Positions 21,044 to 30,863 of a stretch of DNA of 64,000 nt are shown piece after piece (within the stretch, counting starts at the first letter, position 1; every line of letters starts with the position of its first letter). This DNA is from a bacterium (GTDB taxonomy: Bacteria; Patescibacteriota; Dojkabacteria; JAKAPS01; JAJZLI01), in assembly GCA_021846685.1 (NCBI GenBank), contig JAJZWL010000001.1:71484-135483 (forward strand), given 5' to 3'. The position numbers and the translations under genes were made by a program. The notes under the pieces were generated by a model. It ran no database searches and had not been told where the DNA came from. It saw only the letters and a list, made by a program, of their open reading frames with translations.

Positions 21044-22549
21044 TTAATTTTCAAGTTCTCTTAAATTATTATAAAAATTAGAGATATCTGTTTGTAGTAT
21101 ATTTACATATGAGTTAATAGTTTGTATATTATTTTTTAATGTTTTTATATCTAATTTATAGTTAGTAATGTTTATTTGATTAGATAATGTGATAGATGAA
21201 TTAATCCCACTTTTAATTAATGTTAGATGACTTATATAACTATTATAATCATTTTTCATATTCGTCATGTAAATATTATTATTTATACATTGTGGTGAAT
21301 TATTACTATGTGTATTAATACTATTTAAAAAGCCAATAGCTATATTAATAGCATTTGGATATTTAGATATTTGAGGTATGTTTAACCAGTATCCATTTAC
21401 AAGTGATTTAGTCTTATTATAATCATTTAACATTTCTGTTGAATTTATTACATTATTTGTAGAAAGTCCTGAAAATATTAAATTGTTTTTATTTTGAACC
21501 CTGGCTATAGTGGTGGCATCCTTTATAAATGTATAGTATATATTACTATTTCTATATTGAGTCTCTTCATCTCTTTGAGATTGTATATTATATATATTAG
21601 AATATTGAGAACTAATTTTGACTAATCCAGATGAGAGATAAGTTTTCCATGTAGTAGTAGTATTATTAAATAAATTTTGAGCTGGTGTAAGAATTACCTT
21701 ATATCCATATTTATGTGCTAGATTGGCAAATAATATTTCATACTTTTTAGGATTTGAGGATTCTAATTTAGGGGTATTTGCTGAATTTTCATTATCATAC
21801 ATTACCCATTTTATGTTTGGATAAATACTTTTATTTGCTATGCTTGCGGCAAAAGTAGCATAGCTAGTAAAGTCTTCTACTGCATTATCATTTCCAATAG
21901 AATATTTAGGTGTATGAACTATTACATATGTATTAGTATTATTAAAATCTTTTGTTATAAGAGCAGGGTCTAATTTTTGTATATCTGTTAATACATTATA
22001 TGATATTAACCAATGTATATTATTGTTTGTAGTAGTCAAATTATTAATTTTACACAATTGAGTATTTTTCTTTGTAATTTCAAAATTTAAAATATTATTT
22101 AAATTGATAGCATTATTTTTATCGTTATTTTGAAAACTATTTTCAATCAAGAGATATATTTGGGCATAATATTTTGGTATTTGAAATCTATATATATGAT
22201 AATCATTAAATATTCCCAAAACCATTTCCTTTAACTTTGATATAGATACATTATTTTTATCTATACTATTTTGTAATTGTTCTAATGAATTTTCACTATT
22301 TTTAATACTATTTGTAATATTTGCTGCAGATTTATTATCTTTAGATATAATATTTTTTGTTTCTAATGTAGTTAATTTCGCTTGTATTTTATTTAAAGAA
22401 TTAATTCTTTGAGATATAAATCCATTTGCCTTCGAGATTAGTTGAACTGATTTGTTTTGCGTAGATCCTTGTGCATAGAGCACATTGGTACTTAATAGAG
22501 TTATGAGTGTTCCTATAATAAATATTTTTAATATCAAATTGAGTTTCAT
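21044..22549 (-). CDS. Secreted Asn-rich hypothetical protein with coiled-coil N-region
   Basis: Signal peptide MKLNLILKIFIIGTLITLLSTNVLYAQG, heptad-like region, Asn/Thr-rich C-terminal domain; no confident family. Confidence 0.4.
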   Translation of the reverse strand: MKLNLILKIFIIGTLITLLSTNVLYAQGSTQNKSVQLISKANGFISQRINSLNKIQAKLTTLETKNIISKDNKSAANITNSIKNSENSLEQLQNSIDKNNVSISKLKEMVLGIFNDYHIYRFQIPKYYAQIYLLIENSFQNNDKNNAINLNNILNFEITKKNTQLCKINNLTTTNNNIHWLISYNVLTDIQKLDPALITKDFNNTNTYVIVHTPKYSIGNDNAVEDFTSYATFAASIANKSIYPNIKWVMYDNENSANTPKLESSNPKKYEILFANLAHKYGYKVILTPAQNLFNNTTTTWKTYLSSGLVKISSQYSNIYNIQSQRDEETQYRNSNIYYTFIKDATTIARVQNKNNLIFSGLSTNNVINSTEMLNDYNKTKSLVNGYWLNIPQISKYPNAINIAIGFLNSINTHSNNSPQCINNNIYMTNMKNDYNSYISHLTLIKSGINSSITLSNQINITNYKLDIKTLKNNIQTINSYVNILQTDISNFYNNLRELEN

Positions 22550-22552
22550 TAC

Positions 22553-22948
22553 TTAATATTGTGATAAAATTAAGTTATATTGAACACTTCCCTGAGAATT
22601 ATTTTTCTGAGAAAGTACAAAATCATTATATGCTTTATTAGATATACTACTTTCATTTGAAAGATTTTTCTTTTCTGCGTTTAAAATACTTAATGCCTGT
22701 GCGCTAGTTTTTGGCGTTATAATAGGGCTATTCATTTGGTTGCTATTTTGATTTTTTAAAGTTATAGGTGGATTTGGAGTTATAGAATTAACATAAATTT
22801 CAAATAATATAATTAATATAAGTACTATTAGTAGTGATATAAATAAAATCATTACATGCTCAATTTTATTTTTTTTAGAGAATACTTTGTCATAAATAGT
22901 ACTTTCTGAGTTAGTCTTTTCCTGAGGGTCTTGTGTTAAATTATCCAT
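22553..22948 (-). CDS. Membrane-anchored hypothetical protein
   Basis: Single TM helix ILFISLLIVLILIILFEIYV then low-complexity ectodomain; probably in an operon with 21044-22549. Confidence 0.35.
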   Translation of the reverse strand: MDNLTQDPQEKTNSESTIYDKVFSKKNKIEHVMILFISLLIVLILIILFEIYVNSITPNPPITLKNQNSNQMNSPIITPKTSAQALSILNAEKKNLSNESSISNKAYNDFVLSQKNNSQGSVQYNLILSQY

Positions 22949-23041
22949 ATATTTATTATATATCTTTATAATTACATATATATTTTATTATTTCAATATA
23001 ACCTAAATAGAGTGTGTTCAGGAATCTTAAATGTATATTAG

Positions 23042-23935
23042 TTGCAATATATACTGGATTTTAATCATGATTCATATACCCAATCGACAAACTTTATAAG
23101 ATATGATATGCTCGTATTTATGATTATGCCAGAAGGAGAAATACCTAAAACAAAAGAAGCATTGACTCCTCAAGAAAGAGTTTCTATCTCTAATGATTTT
23201 TCATATGTAGTTGCAGATGTATTAAAAAGAGATCAAGACGATAAGACGCAAAAGGCATTGGCAGAATTTGTAGGGATATTCCCTGATGATCAAATTCGTG
23301 GGAGTAATGTATTGATTGTAGAATCCAAAGTCGGGGGAGAGATTGTAGAAATTAAATGTTCTTATGAAGGAGAGGCAGGTATTGCATACATGGCAAAGGA
23401 TGGATATTATTTTCTAGGAAAGGTTCTTGATTATTCAAGTTCAGATAAAGTAAGACATGCTGTTATTGCAAATTCTGATTGTATACAGATTCCTGAAGTA
23501 TCTCAACTTGTGGATGCTTTGGCACAAAGTGATTTGACTGATCAAAGTACACAATTTAGTAAGGAGAGTAGATCTATTGAATCTCAAAATCCAGAACTTT
23601 TTTATCCTTCTAAAGATTTGGGATACTTAGTAATAGATTTATTACAGAGGTTCCCAGGTTCTATTACACTTGATAGTGCTTTGGAATTAGCAAATATAAT
23701 ATCTGTTCCAGAGATTAGACGAGTTGTGAATGCTTATATATCAGAAGTTTTAAATGAAGAAATTAGTCCAGAAAAAATGAAAGAACTTAATTCAAGAAGA
23801 ATTGAGTATCCATCAAGCATTATTTATCCTGATAAAGATTTAGCATATAATGCTACTGAAAATCGATTATCTGGATTACCTTTTCAAATTCCTGAAATTG
23901 CCAGGGTTGTAAATGAAATAGTTAGAAGTAAATAA
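23042..23935 (+). CDS. Hypothetical protein with internal C-terminal repeats
   Basis: Two copies of a YP(S/D)KDL.Y ... IPEI.RVVN motif; local GC above surroundings; no known family. Confidence 0.4.
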   Translation: MQYILDFNHDSYTQSTNFIRYDMLVFMIMPEGEIPKTKEALTPQERVSISNDFSYVVADVLKRDQDDKTQKALAEFVGIFPDDQIRGSNVLIVESKVGGEIVEIKCSYEGEAGIAYMAKDGYYFLGKVLDYSSSDKVRHAVIANSDCIQIPEVSQLVDALAQSDLTDQSTQFSKESRSIESQNPELFYPSKDLGYLVIDLLQRFPGSITLDSALELANIISVPEIRRVVNAYISEVLNEEISPEKMKELNSRRIEYPSSIIYPDKDLAYNATENRLSGLPFQIPEIARVVNEIVRSK

Positions 23936-24052
23936 TTAAAATTATCTACTATACTATTCTCCTATTCTCTAATTTCATATTAAACAAAATCATAGAGCTT
24001 ATATTATAAGAAGATATAGTGTAAATTGAAAGATATATAATATATAACATAT

Positions 24053-25933
24053 ATGAATACTTTAGCCTTTACTGAAAATTTTGGATTATCAGTCCCAATA
24101 TCTGCATTAAGGGTAGAAAATGATTTTGGTATAGGGGATATATCTTCTGCTTATAAATTTATAGATTTTCTTCATAAAAGTAAATGTACTGTGTGGAAAA
24201 TGTTACCTATTAATGCAACATCTACATCTGGGTTTAATAGTCCTTATAGTGCAGAAAGTGCTTTTGCTTTAGATTTTTTATACATAGATATAATGAATCT
24301 TGAAGATATTAATTCAGAACTTTTTGCGGAAGGAAGGAAAAAATCAGATAATAAAAGAGTTGAATTTGAATCTGTGAGAAAATTAAAAATTAAAATTATT
24401 CAAAAAGCTTTTAAAAATTTTTATTTAAATGTATATAATAAAGATACTCAAAGGACAGATAGTTTTAATAAATTTATAGATAAAGAAAAATTTTGGCTGG
24501 ATAATTATGCTATTTATAAAGTTATACAAGAAGAATTCGGATATATATATCAAAATTTATGGCCAAAAGAATTAAAGGATTATGATACAGAATATATAGA
24601 AATGTATTCACATAAAAATAAATATGATATCCTTTTATATAAATATATTCAATGGATTATTCATATTCAATTTATAAATTTAAAAAAATATGCCAATAAA
24701 AATGGTGTATCTTTAATAGGTGATTTTCCTGCATTTCTAGATTCAAATAGTTCAGATATATGGGGAAATAGGAATTATTTTAATGTTGATGAAAATCTAA
24801 AGCCATATGTATATGTAGGTCATCCTCCTGATCAATTTAATTCTAAAGGACAAATTTGGAAATTAGCTATTCCTGATTGGAATAGTCAAAAAAAAGATGA
24901 TTATTATTGGTATAAAAGTAGAATTAATAAATTAATAAATTATTTTGATGGGCTAAGATTAGATTACTTTATGTTTTATACGGAATATTATGTGATAGAT
25001 TTAGATAAAAAAGCTACAGAAGGGAGGTGGGTTAAAGGTCCCGGAGAAAGTTTTATCAGTAAAGTATTAAATTCTATAAGTGACAATAATGCATTTAAAT
25101 TTTTTGCCGAAATTCCTGTAATTGACCCAGATAAACATTTTATAGATAAAAAAATTATAGATAATTTAAATAAAGTTTTAAAAAAAATGGGATGTGAAGT
25201 ATATACTATCTTTGCATTTGATTATAAATTCTTATTAAATTTATCTGATAAGAATTTAATCTCACTAGAAACAACCACTCATGATATGCCTCCATTAAAG
25301 TCTTATTGGCATAAGCTTCCTGAATATAAGAAAAAATATATTTTAAATAAATTAAATATTAGTATTAATAATATAGATATTCTTAATAATGATCTGACTT
25401 GGAAAATATTTAATGAAATTGTACTTCTAAATGCTCATAATGTTATTTTCCCAATTCAAGATATACTAGGAACAGAGGAGCAAATAAATATTCCAGGAAC
25501 TACAAATTCTACGAATTGGGGATTTAGGTTAAGTGAAAATATAGAAGATTTATTGCTAAACAAAGAATTAATAAAAAAGATGATTAATCTTTCTTCTATT
25601 TCTAATAGAGGGTTCTTTTATAAAGATTTTTCAGTAAAGACATTACCTTTGATTGATAAGGGAGTTGAAAGGAGAATTAATCTAGGTGAGAAGTTTATTA
25701 TTTGGGTTTTTTCTGAAAAAAAAGATGAAATTAATATTTTAACAGATATTTCAGTTAAAGGATCCAATAATAGTAGAATGAAAAAATTTTCATTAAAACA
25801 TCGTCAATATATCAATAATGGTTACTTATATAAGAAAATTATTATTCCTTCAAATAGAGGTGAATTTAAATTAAGTTTAGAGAAAAAAAGTATTGAGACT
25901 CAAAATGATTGGATAAAAATAATAGTTGTTTAA
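24053..25933 (+). CDS. malQ: 4-alpha-glucanotransferase (amylomaltase, GH77) with C-terminal extension
   Basis: GH77 motifs GIGDISSAY, LPINATS..GFNSPYSAESAFALD..YID, LRLDYF; 626 aa. Confidence 0.8.
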   Translation: MNTLAFTENFGLSVPISALRVENDFGIGDISSAYKFIDFLHKSKCTVWKMLPINATSTSGFNSPYSAESAFALDFLYIDIMNLEDINSELFAEGRKKSDNKRVEFESVRKLKIKIIQKAFKNFYLNVYNKDTQRTDSFNKFIDKEKFWLDNYAIYKVIQEEFGYIYQNLWPKELKDYDTEYIEMYSHKNKYDILLYKYIQWIIHIQFINLKKYANKNGVSLIGDFPAFLDSNSSDIWGNRNYFNVDENLKPYVYVGHPPDQFNSKGQIWKLAIPDWNSQKKDDYYWYKSRINKLINYFDGLRLDYFMFYTEYYVIDLDKKATEGRWVKGPGESFISKVLNSISDNNAFKFFAEIPVIDPDKHFIDKKIIDNLNKVLKKMGCEVYTIFAFDYKFLLNLSDKNLISLETTTHDMPPLKSYWHKLPEYKKKYILNKLNISINNIDILNNDLTWKIFNEIVLLNAHNVIFPIQDILGTEEQINIPGTTNSTNWGFRLSENIEDLLLNKELIKKMINLSSISNRGFFYKDFSVKTLPLIDKGVERRINLGEKFIIWVFSEKKDEINILTDISVKGSNNSRMKKFSLKHRQYINNGYLYKKIIIPSNRGEFKLSLEKKSIETQNDWIKIIVV

Positions 25934-25960
25934 GTAAGTTTGTGAGATTATATGATGAAG

Positions 25961-25990
25961 AATCTATTTAGACTGGTACTAAATAGATTA
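25961..25990. terminator. Bidirectional hairpin between convergent malQ and the nucleotidase gene
   Basis: AATCTATTTAG-actggtac-CTAAATAGATT, 11-bp arms, in the 90-bp gap between two convergent stop codons. Confidence 0.4.
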
Positions 25991-26024
25991 TTATAGTTAA
26001 TAACAGAAATGTATTTGTGATTCT

Positions 26025-26597
26025 CTATATTATATCTTCTAAAGAATATATTCTTTTTACTTTATTAGGTATCTTATATCTATTCCATGGTTGGTCAAAT
26101 AAATAAACCTTACTATTGCTATTCTGACATACATCTATTACATTATCGATTGAGTCATCTATAAATATATCTATATGAAGGGCATTACATATATCTGATT
26201 TTAGAAACTTATTTCCATTAAATTTATTTATAAAATGTATACTTTCAAATTTAGAGTGAAAAATATCTTTAATAGGTTCGATTGTTTCTTCATAAAATAT
26301 ACGATCCCTTGCTGTAATAATATACAGTTCATTATATTTAGATAATTCATTAATTCCTTTAATAGAACTTTTTATTGGTCTTAATTTTTTGAAATATTGA
26401 CTATTATAAAATTCTTCAAAGAGTTTTTCTGTTGCTTCTTCTGGAATATTAAGCAATTTGGCAATTTCATATTCTATAATATGCTCTTTCTTCATAGAAA
26501 GGTTTAATTTGAGATTTAGAAACGCAATAAGTTCATTAGCAAAATCTATAATTACGTCATCTAAATCGATCCCTATTTTTTTATTAAAAATTTTCAT
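26025..26597 (-). CDS. 5'(3')-deoxyribonucleotidase-like HAD-family phosphatase (NT5C family)
   Basis: N-terminal KIGIDLDDVIIDF (HAD motif I DxDxV), 190 aa, architecture of NT5C. Confidence 0.6.
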   Translation of the reverse strand: MKIFNKKIGIDLDDVIIDFANELIAFLNLKLNLSMKKEHIIEYEIAKLLNIPEEATEKLFEEFYNSQYFKKLRPIKSSIKGINELSKYNELYIITARDRIFYEETIEPIKDIFHSKFESIHFINKFNGNKFLKSDICNALHIDIFIDDSIDNVIDVCQNSNSKVYLFDQPWNRYKIPNKVKRIYSLEDII

Positions 26598-26726
26598 TTT
26601 ATTAAGTAATTAAATATTCTTTATTTATCTATATTGATCCAGTATTTAAAAATGAGTAATCATATTAAAATTATTCTATGTTTGTCATAATATATAAAAT
26701 CTATTAATTAGGTAAATTTATGTAAA

Positions 26727-27488
26727 CTAACTCTTATCTAAAAGTTCTATTAATGATAATTTTAGATGAGGAATAATATTTCTTTGTCTCAAAGGAAGGA
26801 ATTTATTCAAATCATTCTTTAATTTTTTATCATTAAAAATTTGAACTCTTTTTTTTATTTCTTCTAATGTTACAATATTTTCATATAATTTCATTTTTTT
26901 GGACAATAATTCATAGTCTATTTTTACACCACGACTAAGTAAAAGCCATATATCAAATATATCTCTTCCTTTAGACCTTGTCATTAATGCTCTAATCTTT
27001 TCTGATAATATTTCAGAAACTCCAAATACTTTAATAATTGATGAATAGGGTATAGGCATTGAGGATTTTAGTAAAGAAGTATTTTCTTCTAACCATTCTT
27101 CTTGAGTGTTGATATCAATTCTTATATTTAATGGTTGAGATAATAAGCTATTCTCATATTTCAGTTTTGCTTTGAAATTGTCATACTTATTCACAATAAT
27201 GTCTAATCTTATTCCAGGTAAGAAATTTTGAATATCCTTCGTACTTTTTTCAAATAATATTTCTAAATCTGAATAAGATAATTTAGAATCAAAATCAAGA
27301 TCTTCACTAAAACGTATTGAATCATATACTAATCTTAATGCAGTTCCTCCTTTAAAGAAAATCTTATCACTATTTTTTGTTTGATATAAAGCTCCTAGGA
27401 AAACTAACTGAATATATTCCCTAATAATAGTATATTCATCAATTTCCCAATTAGAAGAATATTTTTTGAAATCTATATCATTGATCAT
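26727..27488 (-). CDS. AbiEii/AbiGii-family nucleotidyltransferase toxin (type IV TA / abortive infection), copy 1
   Basis: FFKGGTALRLVYDSIRFSEDLDFD, the hallmark DUF1814 motif; 4-nt overlap with the upstream AbiEi gene. Confidence 0.75.
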   Translation of the reverse strand: MINDIDFKKYSSNWEIDEYTIIREYIQLVFLGALYQTKNSDKIFFKGGTALRLVYDSIRFSEDLDFDSKLSYSDLEILFEKSTKDIQNFLPGIRLDIIVNKYDNFKAKLKYENSLLSQPLNIRIDINTQEEWLEENTSLLKSSMPIPYSSIIKVFGVSEILSEKIRALMTRSKGRDIFDIWLLLSRGVKIDYELLSKKMKLYENIVTLEEIKKRVQIFNDKKLKNDLNKFLPLRQRNIIPHLKLSLIELLDKS

Positions 27489-28066
27489 GTTATTATATTA
27501 TTAAATAATTTATTAAAAGGTTTCGAATTTACTGTTGATGCTATCTGTTTTAGCTTTTTTATGTCTATTTCCGAAAGATCCCATTCATCATAGTTTAGAT
27601 CATTTCCTCTTAAAGATGCAAAATATATACTGTCAATAATTGTTTTTTCTTTAGATGCAATATTGAATTCTATATTTTTATTATCAGTGTAAAAAAGAGA
27701 TGTTTTTATTTTACTATATTTATATTCTTTATTATTAAAGATAAATGCTTTTGCTTCCTTAGTTGATATTGATGTTATTGTAAATGGTGACTGATTAACA
27801 ATTCCATAATATGCTAAGGCTGTATCCAATGAAATATAAGATGGATTGTAGATACTATTTGCTATTGAAAAATCAGAAGGAGTTTCATCTTTAATGTAAT
27901 AAAGTCCTCTTTTTATACTAATTAATAATCCTTTTTTCAACATTCTACTAATAAGAATTATTAGGTACCTGCTATTATTAATATCAAGAAGATTTCTAAT
28001 ATCTTGAGTAGTAAAGGTATCTTTTTTAGTATTTTTCAGTTTTATATAAGTATCTAATATTTTCAT
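27485..28066 (-). CDS. AbiEi-family antitoxin/transcriptional regulator, copy 1
   Basis: N-terminal wHTH region (TTQDIRNLLDINNSRYLIILISRMLKKGLLISIKRGLYYI) typical of AbiEi; operon with AbiEii. Confidence 0.6.
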   Translation of the reverse strand: MKILDTYIKLKNTKKDTFTTQDIRNLLDINNSRYLIILISRMLKKGLLISIKRGLYYIKDETPSDFSIANSIYNPSYISLDTALAYYGIVNQSPFTITSISTKEAKAFIFNNKEYKYSKIKTSLFYTDNKNIEFNIASKEKTIIDSIYFASLRGNDLNYDEWDLSEIDIKKLKQIASTVNSKPFNKLFNNIIT

Positions 28067-28166
28067 ACATTGTAATTAATATACATTATTGTATACTAAC
28101 TCCAGCATATATGTCAATTAAAGAATATTTTTTACTATAGATAATAAATTATATAAGTTTATATAT

Positions 28167-28246
28167 AGACTATATAAGAATATAGTGTGGAAATTTTAAA
28201 TTAAGATATATTTACTTCGGGAGACAGTAAACGCTATTCGAACTTT
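28167..28246 (-). repeat. Pseudo-tRNA-Ser 3'-end repeat (Y1) plus about 50 bp copy of the tRNA-Ser(TGA) downstream flank, inverted
   Basis: Reverse complement AAAGTTCGAATAGCGTTTACTGTCTCCCGAAGTAAATATATCTTAATTTAAAATTTCCACACTATATTCTTATATAGTCT is near-identical to 46760-46833, the 3' end and flank of tRNA-Ser(TGA). Confidence 0.7.
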
Positions 28247-28251
28247 TAGGA

Positions 28252-28293
28252 TTGACATATCAAGGAGTTCCTAATATACTAGGAACTAGGAAC
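28252..28293 (+). promoter_or_regulatory. Sigma70-like promoter (TTGACA-17-TATACT) overlapped by a palindromic operator GTTCCTAatatacTAGGAAC plus a third TAGGAAC half-site
   Basis: Direct reading at 28252-28293, 19 bp upstream of the ATG of the wHTH-PRTase gene. Confidence 0.45.
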
Positions 28294-28311
28294 TTGTATT
28301 AATTTAAAATT

Positions 28312-29292
28312 ATGAAACAAACAACTTCTGAGAAAATAATAGAGTATATAAATAAATTTGGCAGAGCTACTGGAAAAGAGCTATCTGACGCTATTCCCGC
28401 CATCACTAGTAGAGCTATAAGAAAACAGTTGAAATCTATGCTCGAGAAAAATATTCTTGAGAAGATAGGGAAACCTCCTAAAGTGTATTATCTTATTGCA
28501 ACCAGTAAAAATGTACCTAATCCAGTTTTAATTAATAAAAGTGTAATGGCACTTATCAATGATAGATATTTATATATATCTCCCACTGGCAAGATGAAGG
28601 AAGGTTTAGATGGGTTTGTTATGTGGTGTGAATACACTCACCAAGATATAAAAAATACTTCGATTAAATATCTAGAAACAATAAAAAAATATGATCAATT
28701 TAAGAAAAATAGCCTTATAGATGGAATGCCCAAAATGAAGAGTACTTTTGATCCTGTTTTTGTAGACAAACTTTTTTATTTAGATTTTTATAGTATAGAG
28801 AGATTTGGAAAAACAAAGCTCGGTCAAATGCTTCTTTATTCAAAACAAAGTCAAAATAAAGCACTTATACAAAAATTAATAGCTACTATCCGCCCTAAAA
28901 TCATAAAAGTTATTGAGGATTATAATATTGATGGAGTATTATTTATACCACCAACTGTAAAAAGAGAAATACAATTTATGAAAGAATTAGAAAAATTTCT
29001 GAAATTACCAATAAAAAGAATATCTGTCACAAAAATAAAAACAGAAATTATTATTCCTCAAAAAACATTATCAAAACTTGAAGATAGAGTTGAAAATGCT
29101 AAACGCACTATAATGGTAGATGATTTTGATTTATATACCAATATACTGATTATTGACGACGCTGTAGGCTCGGGTGCAACATTAAATGAAACAGCAAAAC
29201 AAATAAAAAATAAACATATAGTAAGAGGAGATATAATTGGACTTGCAATAACAGGGAGTTTTAAAGGATTTGATATTATTAGTGAAGTATAA
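28312..29292 (+). CDS. Winged-HTH plus type-I phosphoribosyltransferase-domain protein (PurR-like architecture)
   Basis: N-terminal wHTH (GRATGKELSDAIPAITSRAIRKQLKSMLEKNILEKIG), C-terminal PRPP-binding motif NILIIDDAVGSGATLNETAK. Confidence 0.55.
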   Translation: MKQTTSEKIIEYINKFGRATGKELSDAIPAITSRAIRKQLKSMLEKNILEKIGKPPKVYYLIATSKNVPNPVLINKSVMALINDRYLYISPTGKMKEGLDGFVMWCEYTHQDIKNTSIKYLETIKKYDQFKKNSLIDGMPKMKSTFDPVFVDKLFYLDFYSIERFGKTKLGQMLLYSKQSQNKALIQKLIATIRPKIIKVIEDYNIDGVLFIPPTVKREIQFMKELEKFLKLPIKRISVTKIKTEIIIPQKTLSKLEDRVENAKRTIMVDDFDLYTNILIIDDAVGSGATLNETAKQIKNKHIVRGDIIGLAITGSFKGFDIISEV

Positions 29293-29585
29293 ATATCTTT
29301 TCCATAAATTATAATTTACTATATATTCATTTCTTCAGGCTCATTGGGATTAATTTAGAACTTTTGTTAATAGTTATTCCACCACTCACTATCCTTATAT
29401 TAAGACAAATATATTAGTAATATCTAATATATTCTTAAATTAGGATATTTTATTCCCCAATAAGACTTTATTGAGCCCTTTGTCTTAAGAGATTTTACAC
29501 CTTAGAGGCTATTTTGAGTATAGGTATTTCTATTTCTAAATTTCAAATCAGTAGGAGGTCATGAAATTAATAACATTTCGTCTTA

Positions 29586-29614
29586 TTGACAAAAACTATA
29601 GGATCTTATATAGT
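29586..29614 (+). promoter_or_regulatory. Sigma70-like promoter TTGACA-17-TATAGT upstream of hydrolase paralog A; near-identical to the promoter of paralog B
   Basis: GTCTTATTGACAAAAACTATAGG... versus GTCATTGACAAAAATTATAGG... on the minus strand at 45868-45896. Confidence 0.5.
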
Positions 29615-29646
29615 ATACTCAATTATTTTTAACCTACTTAAATATA

Positions 29647-30693
29647 ATGAGTGCAGAAGAAACAGATAAGCAAATAAAAGATTCTCTTGGAACTATATCT
29701 GGACATTTTAGAGAATTCAATAATAATGCACCTCATTTTTTAGTGGATGGTGAAAACAAAGAGAATATAGAGGAGCTTCTTCCAGAAATAAAATTTGATG
29801 AAGTTAGAGATGCAGAAACCGAACAAGTATATAGAATTTTTATCATTAATAAAGAGATGCTCGAAGAAGGAAAGGTACCTCTTGTTCTTACATTCCAATA
29901 TAATAAATATAATATAGGAATAGATGACCCCTATTCTCAAGAGTTAGCGCAAGTAATGGCTCAAGGAGGAAGGCCTATTATCGGAATAGAAAGTCCGTCA
30001 GTTGGAGGTTCTTCTGATATGACTAAAGCACAAGAAGATAACTTAAATGTAGGAAAGAAACCTTTTGAAGAGATATCAAGAAGTCAATTAAGAGCACTTT
30101 CTGGGGAAATTTATCACAAAAGTAATAAGGATAAAGAAATAGATTTCGGAGGATATTCTCAAGGGGCAATTAATGCTTTGAGTAACGCTGAAGTAGCAGA
30201 TGAATTTGATTTAAAAGTTAGAAATGTTGTTATGCTCGATCCACCAGGCATAACAGATCATACTGAAGGTAAAGGAAGGAAGTGGGCAATTGTTGGATTG
30301 GGCAGAGCAATGAGATCAGAAACTTCAAATCTAAGTTTTTATGGATTTGATGATAAAAAATATTCTATTTTAGCAAAAAGTCTATCAATTAAAAATGATG
30401 ATATTTTTTTAAGAAAAATGCAAATTTTATATTCTGCTGCTACAGGCAGAATAGTTCTTCCTGAAATTTTAAGATCAGTATTATCAAAACAACCTCAGAT
30501 AAAAATAACTTTTATAAACGGATCTGAAAGTAAAATTACATTAACTGAGGATAGAAAAAAATTATTTAGAGAGTTTAGTAATGATAAGAGAATAAGATGG
30601 ATAGTTCTTCCAGGAGATACTCATTCAGTAGGCGTGAATGTTAGAAGAATCGGATGGTTATTTAAATTTATAATGAAAGATCAACGTATGTGA
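29647..30693 (+). CDS. Alpha/beta-hydrolase-fold protein, paralog A (putative esterase/lipase)
   Basis: GxSxG nucleophile elbow FGGYSQGA, C-terminal LPGDTHSVG (catalytic His candidate). Shares REFNNNAP.FL.DG, FINGS.S and RIG motifs with the 44786-45844 product at about 35-40% identity. Confidence 0.5.
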   Translation: MSAEETDKQIKDSLGTISGHFREFNNNAPHFLVDGENKENIEELLPEIKFDEVRDAETEQVYRIFIINKEMLEEGKVPLVLTFQYNKYNIGIDDPYSQELAQVMAQGGRPIIGIESPSVGGSSDMTKAQEDNLNVGKKPFEEISRSQLRALSGEIYHKSNKDKEIDFGGYSQGAINALSNAEVADEFDLKVRNVVMLDPPGITDHTEGKGRKWAIVGLGRAMRSETSNLSFYGFDDKKYSILAKSLSIKNDDIFLRKMQILYSAATGRIVLPEILRSVLSKQPQIKITFINGSESKITLTEDRKKLFREFSNDKRIRWIVLPGDTHSVGVNVRRIGWLFKFIMKDQRM

Positions 30694-30798
30694 ATCACCA
30701 CAGTCTAGGTATAATACCTGATTATCTGATAATCTAGATTGTAGATAACTCCATTGAATATATAATCCATATAATAATGAGATTTATTCTTAATATGT

Positions 30799-30834
30799 AA
30801 TCGGAGGCGATACGCCTTATTTTAAACTATTTTA
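30799..30834 (-). repeat. Pseudo-tRNA-Ser 3'-end repeat, hairpin subtype (X1)
   Basis: ATCGGAGGCGATACGCCTTATTTTAAACTATTTT; its reverse complement reads AGTTTAAAATAAGGCGTATCGCCTCCGAT, resembling the T-arm/acceptor 3' end of tRNA-Ser(GCT). Confidence 0.55.
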
Positions 30835-30863
30835 TAAATGGATTACAAAATTAATTTATAAAT

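Noticed and set aside
28312-29292. Retron with a PRTase effector
   Set aside because: No reverse transcriptase ORF and no msr/msd-like structured region nearby; a PRTase domain alone is insufficient
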